Positions 1 through 9,971 of a DNA stretch of 64,000 bases are shown here, piece after piece. The stretch lies in NCBI GenBank assembly GCA_035063585.1, contig JAPSGB010000008.1, positions 96,001 to 160,000 on the forward strand, in the 5' to 3' direction. Position 1 is the first letter of the stretch. Every line of letters begins with the position of its first letter. Source of the DNA: Polyangiaceae bacterium (GTDB taxonomy: Bacteria; Myxococcota_A; Polyangia; Polyangiales; Polyangiaceae). Below the pieces are notes generated by a model. That model saw nothing but the letters and a program-made list of their open reading frames with translations. It was not told the DNA's origin and searched no databases. Position numbers and translations under genes: made by a program.

Positions 1-1
1 G

Positions 2-91
2 ATGGTCGGGGTCGGCGGCATGGTCGGCGTGGTGCTGATCTCCATGTATCTTCCGATCTTCTCGCTCGCTGGCAACATCAAGGCCGACTGA
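2..91 (+). CDS. pilC: 3' end of type IV pilus platform protein (T2SS F family), truncated by the window edge
   Basis: Translates ...MVGVGGMVGVVLISMYLPIFSLAGNIKAD*; 'I-S-M-Y-L-P-I-F' is the typical PilC/GspF C-terminus; lies directly before pilS. Confidence 0.9.
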   Translation: MVGVGGMVGVVLISMYLPIFSLAGNIKAD

Positions 92-116
92 GGGCGCGGC
101 CCGGGGTGGTCCGCCC

Positions 117-1448
117 ATGAGGTTTCCCCTCGGCATCCCGGACCGGCTGGCGGGCGCGCCGCTGCCACGCCGGCTGGCCTGGCTCACGCTCGCGCGACTC
201 TTCTTCCTCTCGGCGCTGCTCGCGCTGGTCGTGCTCCTCTACCTGCGCGGCCGGCTGGACCTCGGGTCGTTCTCCATGCGAACGGCGTTCTTGGTGCTCG
301 GCGTGTCGATCGCGCTGAGCGGCGTCTACGCCGCGCTCTTGCGCGTCGGTCGATGGCTCGAGCCGCTCGCGGACCTCCAGCTCGTGCTCGACCAGCTTGC
401 CTGGAGCGTCATCGTGTACCTGTCGGGCGGCGCGACGAGCGGCGCGACCTCGCTCTACGGGCTGAGCTGCTTGGTCGGAGCGATCCTCACCGGCATCCGC
501 GGCGCGCTCGTCGCCGCCATCTCCGGCGCGCTCTGCTTCGCCGCTACCGTGCTCTCGCTGGAGCGCGGCTGGCTCCACCCTCCGCCCGATCAGCCACCGT
601 CGCTCTACGCCGCCTCGTCCTACGAGCTCGCGTACTACCTGGCCATCAACCTCTTGATGCTGGTGGTCGTGACCCTGCTCGCGGGCTACCTCGCCGAGCG
701 GCTCAGGCTCACCGGCGGTCAGCTCGTGCTCGCCGAGGAACGCGCGCACGAGGCCGAACACCTGGCGGCGCTCGGCCGGCTCACCGCGGGGCTCGCGCAC
801 GAGATCCGGAATCCGCTGAGCTCCATCGCCGGCTCGATCCGCATGCTCGAGTCGAGCCCGGCGCTCTCCGAGGAAGATCGCGAGCTCTGCGGCATCGTCG
901 AGCGCGAGGCGGCCCGGCTGAACGATCTGGTGACCGACATGATGGATCTCTCGCGACCGCGCGCGCCGGTGTTCACCCGCGTGGACGCGGCCGGGGTCGC
1001 GTGCGAGGTGGTCGCGCTCGCCTCGCGCTCCGGTCGCGCCGCGACCGACGTCCGCGTGGTCTACTCGGGCGAGTCGAAGCTCCCCATCCGGGCGGACTCC
1101 GCCCAGCTCCGGCAGCTGATTTGGAACCTGGTTCGGAACGCCGTCCAGGCGAGTGGCGCCGGCGACACCGTGACCGTGGCCGTCGAGCGCGTGGGCGAGC
1201 AGGCGACCCTCTCGGTCGCCGACACCGGGATCGGCATCGACGACGAAGCCAAGTCCCGCATTTTCGACGCGTTCTTCACCACGCGCTCGCAGGGGACCGG
1301 GGTCGGGCTCGCGGTGGTCAAGCGGATCGCCGACGCCCATGGCTTCGCCCTCGCGGTCGACAGCTCGGCCGGTCGCGGCGCCGTCTTTCGCGTCGAGCTG
1401 AGCGCCGCGCTCGCGGCCGCGCCGGAGCCGCCGGCGGGCGACGCGTGA
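117..1448 (+). CDS. pilS: PilS-like membrane sensor histidine kinase
   Basis: About 6 TM helices, H-box LAHEIRNPL, N-box NLVRNAVQA, G1 DTGIG, F/G2 FFTT..GTGVGL; follows pilC. Confidence 0.85.
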   Translation: MRFPLGIPDRLAGAPLPRRLAWLTLARLFFLSALLALVVLLYLRGRLDLGSFSMRTAFLVLGVSIALSGVYAALLRVGRWLEPLADLQLVLDQLAWSVIVYLSGGATSGATSLYGLSCLVGAILTGIRGALVAAISGALCFAATVLSLERGWLHPPPDQPPSLYAASSYELAYYLAINLLMLVVVTLLAGYLAERLRLTGGQLVLAEERAHEAEHLAALGRLTAGLAHEIRNPLSSIAGSIRMLESSPALSEEDRELCGIVEREAARLNDLVTDMMDLSRPRAPVFTRVDAAGVACEVVALASRSGRAATDVRVVYSGESKLPIRADSAQLRQLIWNLVRNAVQASGAGDTVTVAVERVGEQATLSVADTGIGIDDEAKSRIFDAFFTTRSQGTGVGLAVVKRIADAHGFALAVDSSAGRGAVFRVELSAALAAAPEPPAGDA

Positions 1449-1490
1449 ACCCGGGACTGTGGTAGGCCGGTCACGGATGTCGTGCCGCGC

Positions 1491-1590
1491 CGGCTTCGCG
1501 CCGGACCGACCCATCCCCCCCGGGGACCCTCGAGTTCAATATTAGTGCAATGATTCTAGGTGGTTGGGTTGTCGGTTCGGCGCGGAACCG
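1491..1590. repeat. Inverted pair of a ~20-bp REP-like element around a 60-bp spacer with an AT-rich centre
   Basis: 1491-1510 cggcttcgcgccggaccgac versus reverse complement of 1571-1590 cggttccgcgccgaaccgac (17/20 identical). Confidence 0.7.
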
Positions 1591-1596
1591 AAGGTT

Positions 1597-1611
1597 TGGC
1601 ATCGGCGTTGC
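1597..1611 (+). promoter_or_regulatory. Sigma54 (-24/-12) promoter candidate
   Basis: TGGCATCGGCGTTGC fits TGGCAC-N5-TTGC with exact GG-N10-GC spacing, 38 bp before the ATG at 1650; AT-rich IHF-like tract at about 1535-1566. Confidence 0.65.
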
Positions 1612-1649
1612 GTATGATGCTGCGAGGCCCCAAATAAGCGGGTGACAAA

Positions 1650-2255
1650 ATGAAGCGTAGTACTCTGCTCAAGGTTCTGTTCGTCGCCGTCCTCGGGATC
1701 GCGCTGCCGCTCCCTGCGTTCGCCAGTGACTCGAACGCGGAGTCCTTCGTCAAGTCGAAGCACGCCGAGCTCTCCGCGCTCCTCTCGCAGCCGGCCACCG
1801 CGGCGAACGAGAAGCAGATCCAAGGCGTGTTCGACCGCCTGCTCGACTACGACTCACTCGCCAAGGAGTCGCTCCACGAGTACTGGGGCGAGCGCAGCGA
1901 CGCCGAGAAGAAGGAGTTCCGCGACGTCCTCGAGCGGTTGGTGCGCGGCGCCTATCGGAAGAACCTGAGGAAGACGCTCGACTACGACATCGAGTATCGG
2001 GGCAGCGACAAGGCGCAGCAGGGCTACCTGGTGCGGACGGTGGCCAAGAGCCGGTCGAGCCAGCGCGAGGACCCGGTCAGCATCGACTACCTGCTCCACA
2101 AGGTCGACGGGCAGTGGCGGGTCTACGACATCGTCACCGAGGGCTCGAGCCTGGTTCAGAACTATCGCAGCCAGTTTCGCCGGGTCATCAAGAAGAAGGG
2201 CTTCGAGGAGCTGATGCGGCGGATGAAGGCCAAGCTCGAGAAGGAGTCGGCCTGA
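1650..2255 (+). CDS. mlaC: MlaC/Ttg2D-family periplasmic lipid-binding protein
   Basis: Signal peptide; WRVYDIVTEGSSLVQNYRSQF matches the MlaC C-terminal signature. Confidence 0.85.
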   Translation: MKRSTLLKVLFVAVLGIALPLPAFASDSNAESFVKSKHAELSALLSQPATAANEKQIQGVFDRLLDYDSLAKESLHEYWGERSDAEKKEFRDVLERLVRGAYRKNLRKTLDYDIEYRGSDKAQQGYLVRTVAKSRSSQREDPVSIDYLLHKVDGQWRVYDIVTEGSSLVQNYRSQFRRVIKKKGFEELMRRMKAKLEKESA

Positions 2256-2337
2256 GCCAGAGCGCCCAGGCGACGCGGGCGAGGATCGCCGGCTGTTTGC
2301 CCCGGCGCCCTTCGAGCCTGGTACGATCTCGGCTCGA

Positions 2338-4569
2338 GTGACCTCCCGAGCCATCTCCCGCCGGGCGCGCGCGCCGGGCCCGGCCGAGCCGAGCGCGCCC
2401 GACGAGCCGCGCGTCCCGCTGCGGCTCATCGTGACCCGCGGCGCCCTCGGCCTCGAGCTCTACGAGCCGGTCGAGCTCGGGCCGCTGTCGGTCCGGCGCC
2501 TCTCGCTGACGCTGCCTGGGCTCGCGTTCCCGCTCGATCTCTCCGGCGGCGTGCGAGTATTTCGGCATCGGCGCGGCGAGCTCGAGACGCTCGAGCTCGC
2601 GCTCGCCCCGGAGTCGCTCGCGCGCTGGCTCGAGCCGCGCTGGGCGAGCGTGCTCGGGGGCGCCGAGCGCCGGGTCACCGTGTGGGTGGAGCCGCCCCGG
2701 ATCGGGCTCGGGCTGGTCTCGGGAGACGCGGCGCTCGCCTTCGATCTGCTGTGGGCGCCTTCGGGCGGCGACGCGCGGCTGATCATCGACGCGGCGCGAG
2801 GCGCGAACCTCGAGGGGCCGGCGCTCGGCTACGCGATGCGCGCGGTCGACGCAGCCCTCGGCGCCGGTGCCGAGCGGCGAGGGCGGGTCATCACCGTGGA
2901 GGCGGCGGGCGCGCGGCTCGGTCGCGCGCTGCTCCCCGCGGTGGGCGCGCGGGCACCGGCGGCGAGCCGGGTGCGCTTCGGCCCGCTCGAGCTCGACGGG
3001 GACCTGCTCCGGGTCGAGCTCGACTCCGAGAACCCGCCGGCGGCGCTCTCCGCCGAGCCGACCCAGGCGCTCGAGCTCGCGCGGCTGGTCGCGGGCGCGG
3101 ACGAGGCGCTCGCGCGCGGCGCGGTGGACGAGGCCCGCGCGGGGTATCTCGTGGCGCTCGAGCAGGCGCCGCGTCACCCGGATCTCGCGCTCGCGGTGGC
3201 GGAGATCGACGCCTACGCGGAAGCCCGCGACGAAGCGGCGCTCGCGCTCCTCGTCGAGTCCCGCGATCCGGTCGGCGCCGGGCTCATCGCCGCGTCGCTG
3301 CTCGCCGCGACCGGCGATCTCGACGGCGCGCGCGAGGCGGTGAGCCGCGCGGCGCTCTCCGAGCGCTTCGCGCCGCTCGCGGCGCTCGGCTGGCGCTGGC
3401 TCGGGCTCCGCGAGCCCGGCGCCGCGGGGAAGCTCCAGGCGCTCGACCGGGCGGTCGCGCGCGCGCCCGCGCTCCCGTGCGCGCGCTGGTCGCGCTTCGA
3501 AGCACGAGTCGCGCGCGGCGACGTGGAGGGCGCCCTCGCGGACGCCGAGCACCTCGAGGCGGCCGCCACCGGCCCTCGTGCGCGCCACGCCGCGAGCGCC
3601 CACGCTGCTCGCGCGCTGCTCGAGGCCGGCTTCGGGCGTGAGGCCGGGCGCTGGTTCGAGCGCGCCCTGCGCTACCTGCCGGACGATCCGGCGGCCACCA
3701 CGGGCTTCGCGCGCTCGCTCATCGAGCTCGGGAGCAAGGAGCGCGCGTTCGGGCTCCTCGAGCGCGCGGTCGCGCTCGCCGAGCGCACGGGGAGCGTCGA
3801 CGCGGTCGCGCTGCTCGAGCTCGCGCGGCTGCTGGCGCGCGAGCTCGGCGACCTGCCACAGGCCATCGCCCGCGCGCGACAGGTGCCCGCGTCCTCGCCC
3901 GGGGCGCTCGAGGCGCGCGGGCTCGAGGCGCGCTGGCGGGCCGCGCTCGGAGATCTGGTGGGCGCGTCGCTCGCCTGGGCGCGCGTGCGCGATCACGTCG
4001 AGCTCACGCCGGAGCCCGACCCGCGCGCGGTCGAGTGGCTCCGGGAGGCGGCGAGGTTCGAGCGCGAGGCCCGGGGCGACGCGCTCGCCGCCGAGCGGCA
4101 CCTGGCGGTGGCGCTCCGCGCCGCGCCGCGCGATCGCGCGCTCGGCGATGCCTATCGGCGGGTGGCCGCCGAGGTAGCGGCGGCGAGCGCCGCGGCCGGC
4201 GCCACGGACAGCGCGGCCGAGCGGCGTGACTCGACGCGCGCGGAGCCCCCGCCCCAGCTCGACGAGTCGGGCCTGCTCGAGCGAGCCGAGGCCCTCGAAG
4301 CCGCGCTCCGACTCGCGCCCGGAGACGGGCAGCTCGCCCGCGAGCTCGTCGAGCTCCTCGAGGCGCTCGGAGACGATGCGCGGCTCTACGCGCTCGCGTC
4401 GGCGCAGCTCGAGGACGCCGACCCGAGCGAGCGAGCGTGGCTCCTGCCGCGCGCTCGCGCCGTGCTCGAGCGTCTCGAGGCCGACGCGAGCGCGCGCGGC
4501 CGCCACGACGAGGCCCGTCTCTACCGGGAGGCGCGCGCGCGCCTCGCCGTGAGCGGCGGCTCAGGCTGA
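2338..4569 (+). CDS. Hypothetical protein with TPR-like helical repeats
   Basis: 743 aa, genome-typical codon usage, repeated TPR-like helices ([26 protein letters not shown]). Confidence 0.65.
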   Translation: MTSRAISRRARAPGPAEPSAPDEPRVPLRLIVTRGALGLELYEPVELGPLSVRRLSLTLPGLAFPLDLSGGVRVFRHRRGELETLELALAPESLARWLEPRWASVLGGAERRVTVWVEPPRIGLGLVSGDAALAFDLLWAPSGGDARLIIDAARGANLEGPALGYAMRAVDAALGAGAERRGRVITVEAAGARLGRALLPAVGARAPAASRVRFGPLELDGDLLRVELDSENPPAALSAEPTQALELARLVAGADEALARGAVDEARAGYLVALEQAPRHPDLALAVAEIDAYAEARDEAALALLVESRDPVGAGLIAASLLAATGDLDGAREAVSRAALSERFAPLAALGWRWLGLREPGAAGKLQALDRAVARAPALPCARWSRFEARVARGDVEGALADAEHLEAAATGPRARHAASAHAARALLEAGFGREAGRWFERALRYLPDDPAATTGFARSLIELGSKERAFGLLERAVALAERTGSVDAVALLELARLLARELGDLPQAIARARQVPASSPGALEARGLEARWRAALGDLVGASLAWARVRDHVELTPEPDPRAVEWLREAARFEREARGDALAAERHLAVALRAAPRDRALGDAYRRVAAEVAAASAAAGATDSAAERRDSTRAEPPPQLDESGLLERAEALEAALRLAPGDGQLARELVELLEALGDDARLYALASAQLEDADPSERAWLLPRARAVLERLEADASARGRHDEARLYREARARLAVSGGSG

Positions 4570-5769
4570 CAGACGCGCGCTCGGCGCCGCGACGAAGCGC
4601 GCGTGCCAGGCGCGCTCGACGTCCCCGAGCGCGTCGACCGGCATCACCGCGGTCACGCGCAGCGGCGTGCCGGTGATCCAGCGCGGCGCGGCGGGCAGGG
4701 CGTCGAGCAGCTCGAGCACGGTGCCCGCGCGCGCGCCGACCTCGACGCCGATGAGGCTCACCGCGCCGAGCCCTTCCTCGAGCGCGAGGTCGGGGAGCCG
4801 CGCGGTCAGCTCTCGGCGCACGCGCGCGAAGTCGGGCACGTTCAGCAGCGGGACCACCGCGACGGCTTCGTCTCCCCGGATCGAGAGATCTCTGAGCGGC
4901 AACGCCAGCAGGGTCGCGGCACCCACCAGGGCCCGCGCGCTGGTCGCCGGCGCGGCGAGGAGCGCGAGCTTGCGTTCGACGACCACCGCGCGACGGGTCG
5001 CATCGTCGACCGCCTCGGGGCCAACGACGGTCTCGCGGGCGGGCGCCCGATCGCCGGTGCGACGAGCGACGATGCGTACTCGGTGCTCCTTGGCCCACTC
5101 GACCGCCTGCGCGTTCAGGACCTTGGCGCCTGATTCCGCCATCTCTTGCATGGTCGCGTAGTCGAGCGCCGGCAGGTGTCGGGCGTCCGGGACCCCGCGC
5201 GGATCCGCCGAGTAGACCCCGTCCACGTCGCTATAGATCTCGCAGCGCTCGGCGCCGAGGGCGGCGGCGAGCGCCACCGCGGTGGTGTCCGAGCCGCCGC
5301 GCCCGAGGGTCGTGATCTCGCGGCGGTAGCTCATCCCCTGGTAGCCCGCGACGATCACGATGCGCCCGCGCGCGAGCTCGTCCTCGATGCGATGCGGGCG
5401 CACCTCGATGATGCGCGCGTCGAAATGGCGATCATTGGTCATGATCCCCGACTGCGATCCGGTGAAGCTGATGGCGTCGAGCCCGCGCGCTTGAATCGCA
5501 ATGGAGAGGAGCGCCATGCTGACGCGCTCTCCGGTGCTCACCAGCATGTCGAGCTCGCGTCGCGGCGGCTCGCACGAACCGTCCCCCACCTGCCGCGCCG
5601 CTTCGCGAGCCAACTCCAGCAGGTTCTCGGTCGTCTTACCCATGGCGCTCACGACCACGACGACGTCGTTGCCAGCCCGCCGGGCGTCCGCGACGTGATC
5701 GGCGACGGCGTGGAGCTTCTCGATGTCGGCGACCGACGACCCGCCGTACTTCTGGACGACGATGGCCAT
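4561..5769 (-). CDS. lysC: Aspartate kinase
   Basis: Start re-picked at [13 protein letters not shown]; motifs [30 protein letters not shown]. Confidence 0.95.
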   Translation of the reverse strand: MAIVVQKYGGSSVADIEKLHAVADHVADARRAGNDVVVVVSAMGKTTENLLELAREAARQVGDGSCEPPRRELDMLVSTGERVSMALLSIAIQARGLDAISFTGSQSGIMTNDRHFDARIIEVRPHRIEDELARGRIVIVAGYQGMSYRREITTLGRGGSDTTAVALAAALGAERCEIYSDVDGVYSADPRGVPDARHLPALDYATMQEMAESGAKVLNAQAVEWAKEHRVRIVARRTGDRAPARETVVGPEAVDDATRRAVVVERKLALLAAPATSARALVGAATLLALPLRDLSIRGDEAVAVVPLLNVPDFARVRRELTARLPDLALEEGLGAVSLIGVEVGARAGTVLELLDALPAAPRWITGTPLRVTAVMPVDALGDVERAWHARFVAAPSARLSA

Positions 5770-5855
5770 GGCCCCGGCTACCACGCTCCGGACCCGAGGG
5801 CCAAGCTCCCGCGGCCGACCCCCGGCGGCGCGTGGCCGCGACGAAGCGCCGGCTC

Positions 5856-7301
5856 TCAGGCGGCGCGGAGCGCGAGCGGTTGCCACGCGCACAGGCCAGC
5901 GCCGCCACCGGCCACCAGTCGAGCGCGCGCCGCATCCCACAGCAGGGCGTCCACGCGCACCTGCTCGAGCGCGGCCTCGTCGCCGGCCTCGCCCTCGAGC
6001 GCGGCCACGATCTGCGCGGTGGCCGTCAGCGGATCGACCGAGAGGATGTGGGTCGCGCCGGCGAGCTCGGCGAGCACCGCTGCGAATACCTCGAGCTTTC
6101 CGGAGCGCTCCCCGATCGTGAGCGCGGTCACTCCGGTGGTGCCGGGGAGGCGCGTGAACGTCGCGCCGTGGTCGGCGCTGATGGCGAGCCCGACGTTCGG
6201 CGCTGCCAGCGCGATCACGTGGTCGCGCGCCGCCACCAGGAGCCCCTCGCTGCCGGCGATGGGCTCCGCCACGCTCGCGAGCGCGAGCGGTTGCCAGCTC
6301 GCGCCGCCGTCGTCGGAGCGGAGCAGGAGCCGGCGCGCGCGTTCGCGCGCCACGCCGACCAGGGACGGCGCGCCGCTGCTCAGCGCGAGGACGCGGGCGC
6401 GCACGTCGATGGGCGTCCAGGTATCGCCGCCGTCCGCGGTGCTCGACAGCCAGCCGTCGCTCGAGCGCGCGATGACCACCGCGCCGGCGTGGCACAGCTC
6501 GAGCGGACCGCCCATCGTCGCGCGCGGGACCGCGAGCAGCCGCTCACGGACACCGGTGGTGGGGCGGAGCCGCCAGACCTCTCCGAGGTCGTTCGCGTAT
6601 AGGATGCTGCGCCCCCCGTCGAGCGGGGCGACGCTGGCGACCCGCCCACCTGCGAGCGCGAGCGGTCGCGGCTCGTCTCCGCCTTCGGGCAGCGCGAGCA
6701 GCGAGTCGCCGCCGGCGACGATGAGCCCGGCCGACTCGCCGAGCGAGGCGACGGCCCCGGCGTCGGCGTGGAGGAGCGTCATGGGCCACCGCTCGCTCGC
6801 CCAGGGCGGCGGCTCGTGCGGATCCGCCTCGTCGGGTAGGGCGAGCCACGAGGCGTCGGCGAGCTCGCCGACTTCGCCCGCGCCATCGTCATCGAGGTCG
6901 GGCAGCTCCTCGTCGAGCAGGTCGTCGAGGGGCCCCTCGGGGCCGCGTCGATCTTCGGAGCCGAGCGGCTCCTCGCCGAGTCGACCGAGCCCAGTCGTGA
7001 CGTCGAAGCGCTCCGGGCCCAGCGCGTCGTCGCTCGCTTCGTCGCGCTCCGCGGCGGCCTCGAACATGGCCGCTAGGTCGAGCACGAGCTCGTCGCCGTC
7101 GCCGCCCGGTGCCAGCTCCGGCGCTTCGAGCATGAGCCCGATGTCGAGTCCGCTCGCGAGCTCGTCGTCGAGCCCCGTCTCGAGCGCGTCGGGGGTGGCG
7201 AGCTCCGGGCCGCTCTCGAGCGGCCCGTCTCCGTCGTCGCCGTCGTCGAGCGGGGGGAGCGCGCGCGGGCGCTCGCTGTCGTCCGGATGGGACTTCATCA
7301 T
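5856..7301 (-). CDS. Asp-box (BNR) repeat beta-propeller-like protein with acidic N-terminal region
   Basis: Asp-boxes [25 protein letters not shown]; first ~170 aa D/E-rich; no signal peptide; start uncertain (7322/7301/7298). Confidence 0.65.
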   Translation of the reverse strand: MMKSHPDDSERPRALPPLDDGDDGDGPLESGPELATPDALETGLDDELASGLDIGLMLEAPELAPGGDGDELVLDLAAMFEAAAERDEASDDALGPERFDVTTGLGRLGEEPLGSEDRRGPEGPLDDLLDEELPDLDDDGAGEVGELADASWLALPDEADPHEPPPWASERWPMTLLHADAGAVASLGESAGLIVAGGDSLLALPEGGDEPRPLALAGGRVASVAPLDGGRSILYANDLGEVWRLRPTTGVRERLLAVPRATMGGPLELCHAGAVVIARSSDGWLSSTADGGDTWTPIDVRARVLALSSGAPSLVGVARERARRLLLRSDDGGASWQPLALASVAEPIAGSEGLLVAARDHVIALAAPNVGLAISADHGATFTRLPGTTGVTALTIGERSGKLEVFAAVLAELAGATHILSVDPLTATAQIVAALEGEAGDEAALEQVRVDALLWDAARARLVAGGGAGLCAWQPLALRAA

Positions 7302-7387
7302 GGTCTTACCGCATCCTAGCAAGCTCTCCGACGTATGAGCGCGGTCGAGTTTGCATACGGTAGCGCATCGACGTAGCGTCGCGCGGC

Positions 7388-7630
7388 GTGGCAGCTTCGC
7401 CGATGATCGGTCGAGGGATGGTGGCGCGGCGCGTTCGCGTCGCGCCGCGTGACGTGGTGTTCGTCAAGGGGATCTTCGAGGCGAGCGAGGGGCTCGGCGC
7501 GATGTTCGCCGAGCGGGGCGGTGATCTGGTGGTCGCCGCGCCGGAGGCGCTCGCCGGAGCGCTCGATGAGCTCCTCGCCGATCTCGCCGAGGAGCTCGCG
7601 GCGCTCGTCGATCCGCTCGTCGTTGGATGA
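7388..7630 (+). CDS. Small hypothetical protein, DUF4911-like
   Basis: RVRVAPRDVVFVKGIFEASEGL resembles the DUF4911 pattern as I recall it. Confidence 0.55.
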   Translation: MAASPMIGRGMVARRVRVAPRDVVFVKGIFEASEGLGAMFAERGGDLVVAAPEALAGALDELLADLAEELAALVDPLVVG

Positions 7631-7640
7631 CGTGACGGCA

Positions 7641-7649
7641 TGTGGATAA
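7641..7649 (-). promoter_or_regulatory. Perfect consensus DnaA box (TTATCCACA)
   Basis: + strand tgtggataa in the 7631-7750 intergenic region. Confidence 0.55.
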
Positions 7650-7750
7650 CCTGCGTATCGGCGGCGGCGCTCTCGCAGCGCTCGCGAAATCGGATGAGCA
7701 CGTGAAGCGCCGGTTGCGACCGCGGAGGTGATCCTCTAGCTTCCGCTGCC

Positions 7751-8452
7751 ATGAGCGACGCGCCGCCGCGATGCGACTCGACGCACTGCTCGTCGAGCGA
7801 CGACGAGCAGCTCGCGCTCACGGCGCCCACACGCGTCGTGGACGCGTGGCTCAGCTGGCTCGGCGCGCTCGCGACCGACGCCGAGGCCGCGCTCGCCGCG
7901 GCCATCGCCTACGCGGAGCTCGAAGCCGACGCGCGCGACCAGTGGCTCGCCGCGCTCGAACGTGACGCCTGTCGCGTGAGCGCGCCGCGGATCGCGGTGT
8001 ACGCGCCGCTGCTCGCGGTGGAAGCGGATCCTGCGCGGCGAGAGCGCATCACCGCGGCGATGGGGCCCGCCGACGCGGCGGCCCGGCTGCGGGTCGGCGC
8101 GAGCGCGCTCGGCGGACTCGCCGCCGACGGTACTCGCGTGGCGACGGTGATCACGCCCCTCTACCTCGACTTCGTGCAGGTGCTGGCCTGCGGATATCGG
8201 AACGGCGCCGGGTTCTCGTGGGTGAAGCACGATCCGATCGTGGATCGCCGTGCGGCTCCGCGCGCCGGCGACGTGATCGGCGGCGCGACGCTCGAGCGGA
8301 CGCCGCTGAAGCCGCTGGTCGACGACCTGGCCCAGGCGGTGCTCGCGCACCAGCGCGCAGGGAAGGCGATCCCCGAGGCCCTGCGGATCTTCGCCGATCT
8401 GTTCGGTCCGGTGATCGACGAGCAAGCTGGCGAGCTGACCGCACCGAGGTGA
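7751..8452 (+). CDS. Hypothetical protein
   Basis: 233-aa ORF with typical codon usage; first of three abutting genes. Confidence 0.7.
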   Translation: MSDAPPRCDSTHCSSSDDEQLALTAPTRVVDAWLSWLGALATDAEAALAAAIAYAELEADARDQWLAALERDACRVSAPRIAVYAPLLAVEADPARRERITAAMGPADAAARLRVGASALGGLAADGTRVATVITPLYLDFVQVLACGYRNGAGFSWVKHDPIVDRRAAPRAGDVIGGATLERTPLKPLVDDLAQAVLAHQRAGKAIPEALRIFADLFGPVIDEQAGELTAPR

Positions 8453-8453
8453 T

Positions 8454-9011
8454 GTGTCTCGCCGCGGCGCCGCCCTGACCGTGCTCGCGTGCGTGCTCGC
8501 GGCAGGCTGCGGCGGTTCCGCGCCGCCCCGACCAGAAGGCCCACCGGTCGCGCTCGGCGAGCCGGTGGTCTTCGCCTGGGGGACCACCGATGGCGCGGAG
8601 CTGTCGAGCGCGACCACCCGCGGCCGGGCGACCGCGCTGCTCTTCGTGACGACCTACGACGCCGCGTCGCAGGTGGCGGCTCGACGGCTCGACGAGGCGA
8701 TCCGGCGATTCGTCCCGCGCGCGAACGCGGGCGCCATCATCTTGGAGCCGCCCAAGAACGCGGTGCTGGCCGACGTGTTCCGCTCGACGCTCGAGCTCGC
8801 CTATCCGGTCGCGATCGCCGACCAGGCGACGCTCGGCGGAGCGGGTCCGTTCGGGCGGATCGACCGCGTCCCGACCCTCGTCATCCTCGACCGCTCGGGC
8901 CGGGTGAGCTCCGCGCGAGCCGGGGCGGCGACGCCGCGCGAGATCGAAGCGGCCTTGCGAGCCGCGTCGGAACAGGGTCGAGTGTCGGGTGAAGGAGGGA
9001 ACCGCCCATGA
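8454..9011 (+). CDS. TlpA/thioredoxin-fold lipoprotein lacking CxxC
   Basis: Lipobox LAAGC; FVTTYDAAS where FWATWCxxC is expected; cis-Pro motif RVPTLVILDRSG. Confidence 0.7.
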   Translation: MSRRGAALTVLACVLAAGCGGSAPPRPEGPPVALGEPVVFAWGTTDGAELSSATTRGRATALLFVTTYDAASQVAARRLDEAIRRFVPRANAGAIILEPPKNAVLADVFRSTLELAYPVAIADQATLGGAGPFGRIDRVPTLVILDRSGRVSSARAGAATPREIEAALRAASEQGRVSGEGGNRP

Positions 9012-9814
9012 GCTTTCGACGACTCGAGCGCGTCCCGGCGTGGCGCACGCTGGCGCTGCACGCCTGGCGTGCCCCGTCCGACCCGACCGTCTATGGCAGT
9101 CTCGAGCTCGATGCGCGCCCGGCGCTCGCGAAGCTCGACGAGCTCAGACGCGCGTCGGGTGAGCGCGTCACCTTGACCCACCTGGTCGGCAAGGCGATCG
9201 CGGTCGCCATCGCGGAGCGACCCGAGGTCAACGCCATCGTGCGGCGTGGCCGGATATACGTGCGAGACACCGTCGACGTCTTCTTCCAGGTGGCGTTCGA
9301 GGGCGGTGAGAACCTCGCGGGCGCGAAGCTCGAGCGCGTGAACGAGAAGTCCGTCGTCGAGCTCGCCCGTGAGCTCGGCGCGAGGGCGGCCCGGATCCGC
9401 GAGCGCCAGGACGATCCGACTCAGCTCATGACGTCGCGTCTGACCCGGCTGCCCCCGCTTGCGATGCGCGCGGCCATGAAGCTCGGGGAGAGCTTGTCTT
9501 ATGACCTCGGGCTCGATCTCTCGCGCTTCGGGCTCCCTTATGACGCCTTCGGCTCGGCCATGGTCACGAACGTGGGCGGCTTTGGGCTCAGCGTCGGCCA
9601 TGCCCCGCTCTTTCCGCCGTCGCGGGTGCCCGTCGTGCTCACGGTCGGCGCGGTCCGTGAGGCGCCCGCGGTGGAAGGTGACCGCGTCGTGGTTCGTCCG
9701 ACGCTGACCATCGGCGCCTCCTTCGATCATCGGCTCCTCGATGGTTTCCAGGCGGGTAAGCTCGCTCGACGTCTGCGCGAGGTGCTCGAGGGGCCAGGCC
9801 CCGAGCTCCGCTGA
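9008..9814 (+). CDS. Stand-alone catalytic domain of 2-oxoacid dehydrogenase E2-type acyltransferase
   Basis: VTNVG, VLTVGAV and catalytic DHRLLDG; no lipoyl or subunit-binding domain. Confidence 0.85.
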   Translation: MSFRRLERVPAWRTLALHAWRAPSDPTVYGSLELDARPALAKLDELRRASGERVTLTHLVGKAIAVAIAERPEVNAIVRRGRIYVRDTVDVFFQVAFEGGENLAGAKLERVNEKSVVELARELGARAARIRERQDDPTQLMTSRLTRLPPLAMRAAMKLGESLSYDLGLDLSRFGLPYDAFGSAMVTNVGGFGLSVGHAPLFPPSRVPVVLTVGAVREAPAVEGDRVVVRPTLTIGASFDHRLLDGFQAGKLARRLREVLEGPGPELR

Positions 9815-9971
9815 GCCGCCGCGCTCCCGAGCGCGAGCGGGTGCGCGCCGCGAGTTGGCCGCGGGGAGTCGCCACTTCATGGCGATGAATCCCCGCTCGG
9901 GCTATACCTCGGGTCGGCCCTTGGTCTAGAGTCCTGGGCGCGGTGCCGATGCTTGCCTTCAGGAGGATGAC

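Noticed and set aside
7631..7750. Replication origin at the DnaA box
   Set aside because: Single box, no AT-rich unwinding element and no dnaA/dnaN/gidA context
8513..8532. REP-like look-alike cggttccgcgccgccccgac (a shorter match also at about 32991)
   Set aside because: Inside coding sequence near gene starts and lacking the palindromic right arm; plausible by chance at this GC
9941..9957. cggtgccgatgcttgc as a sigma54 promoter
   Set aside because: GG-to-GC spacing is 11 rather than the required 10
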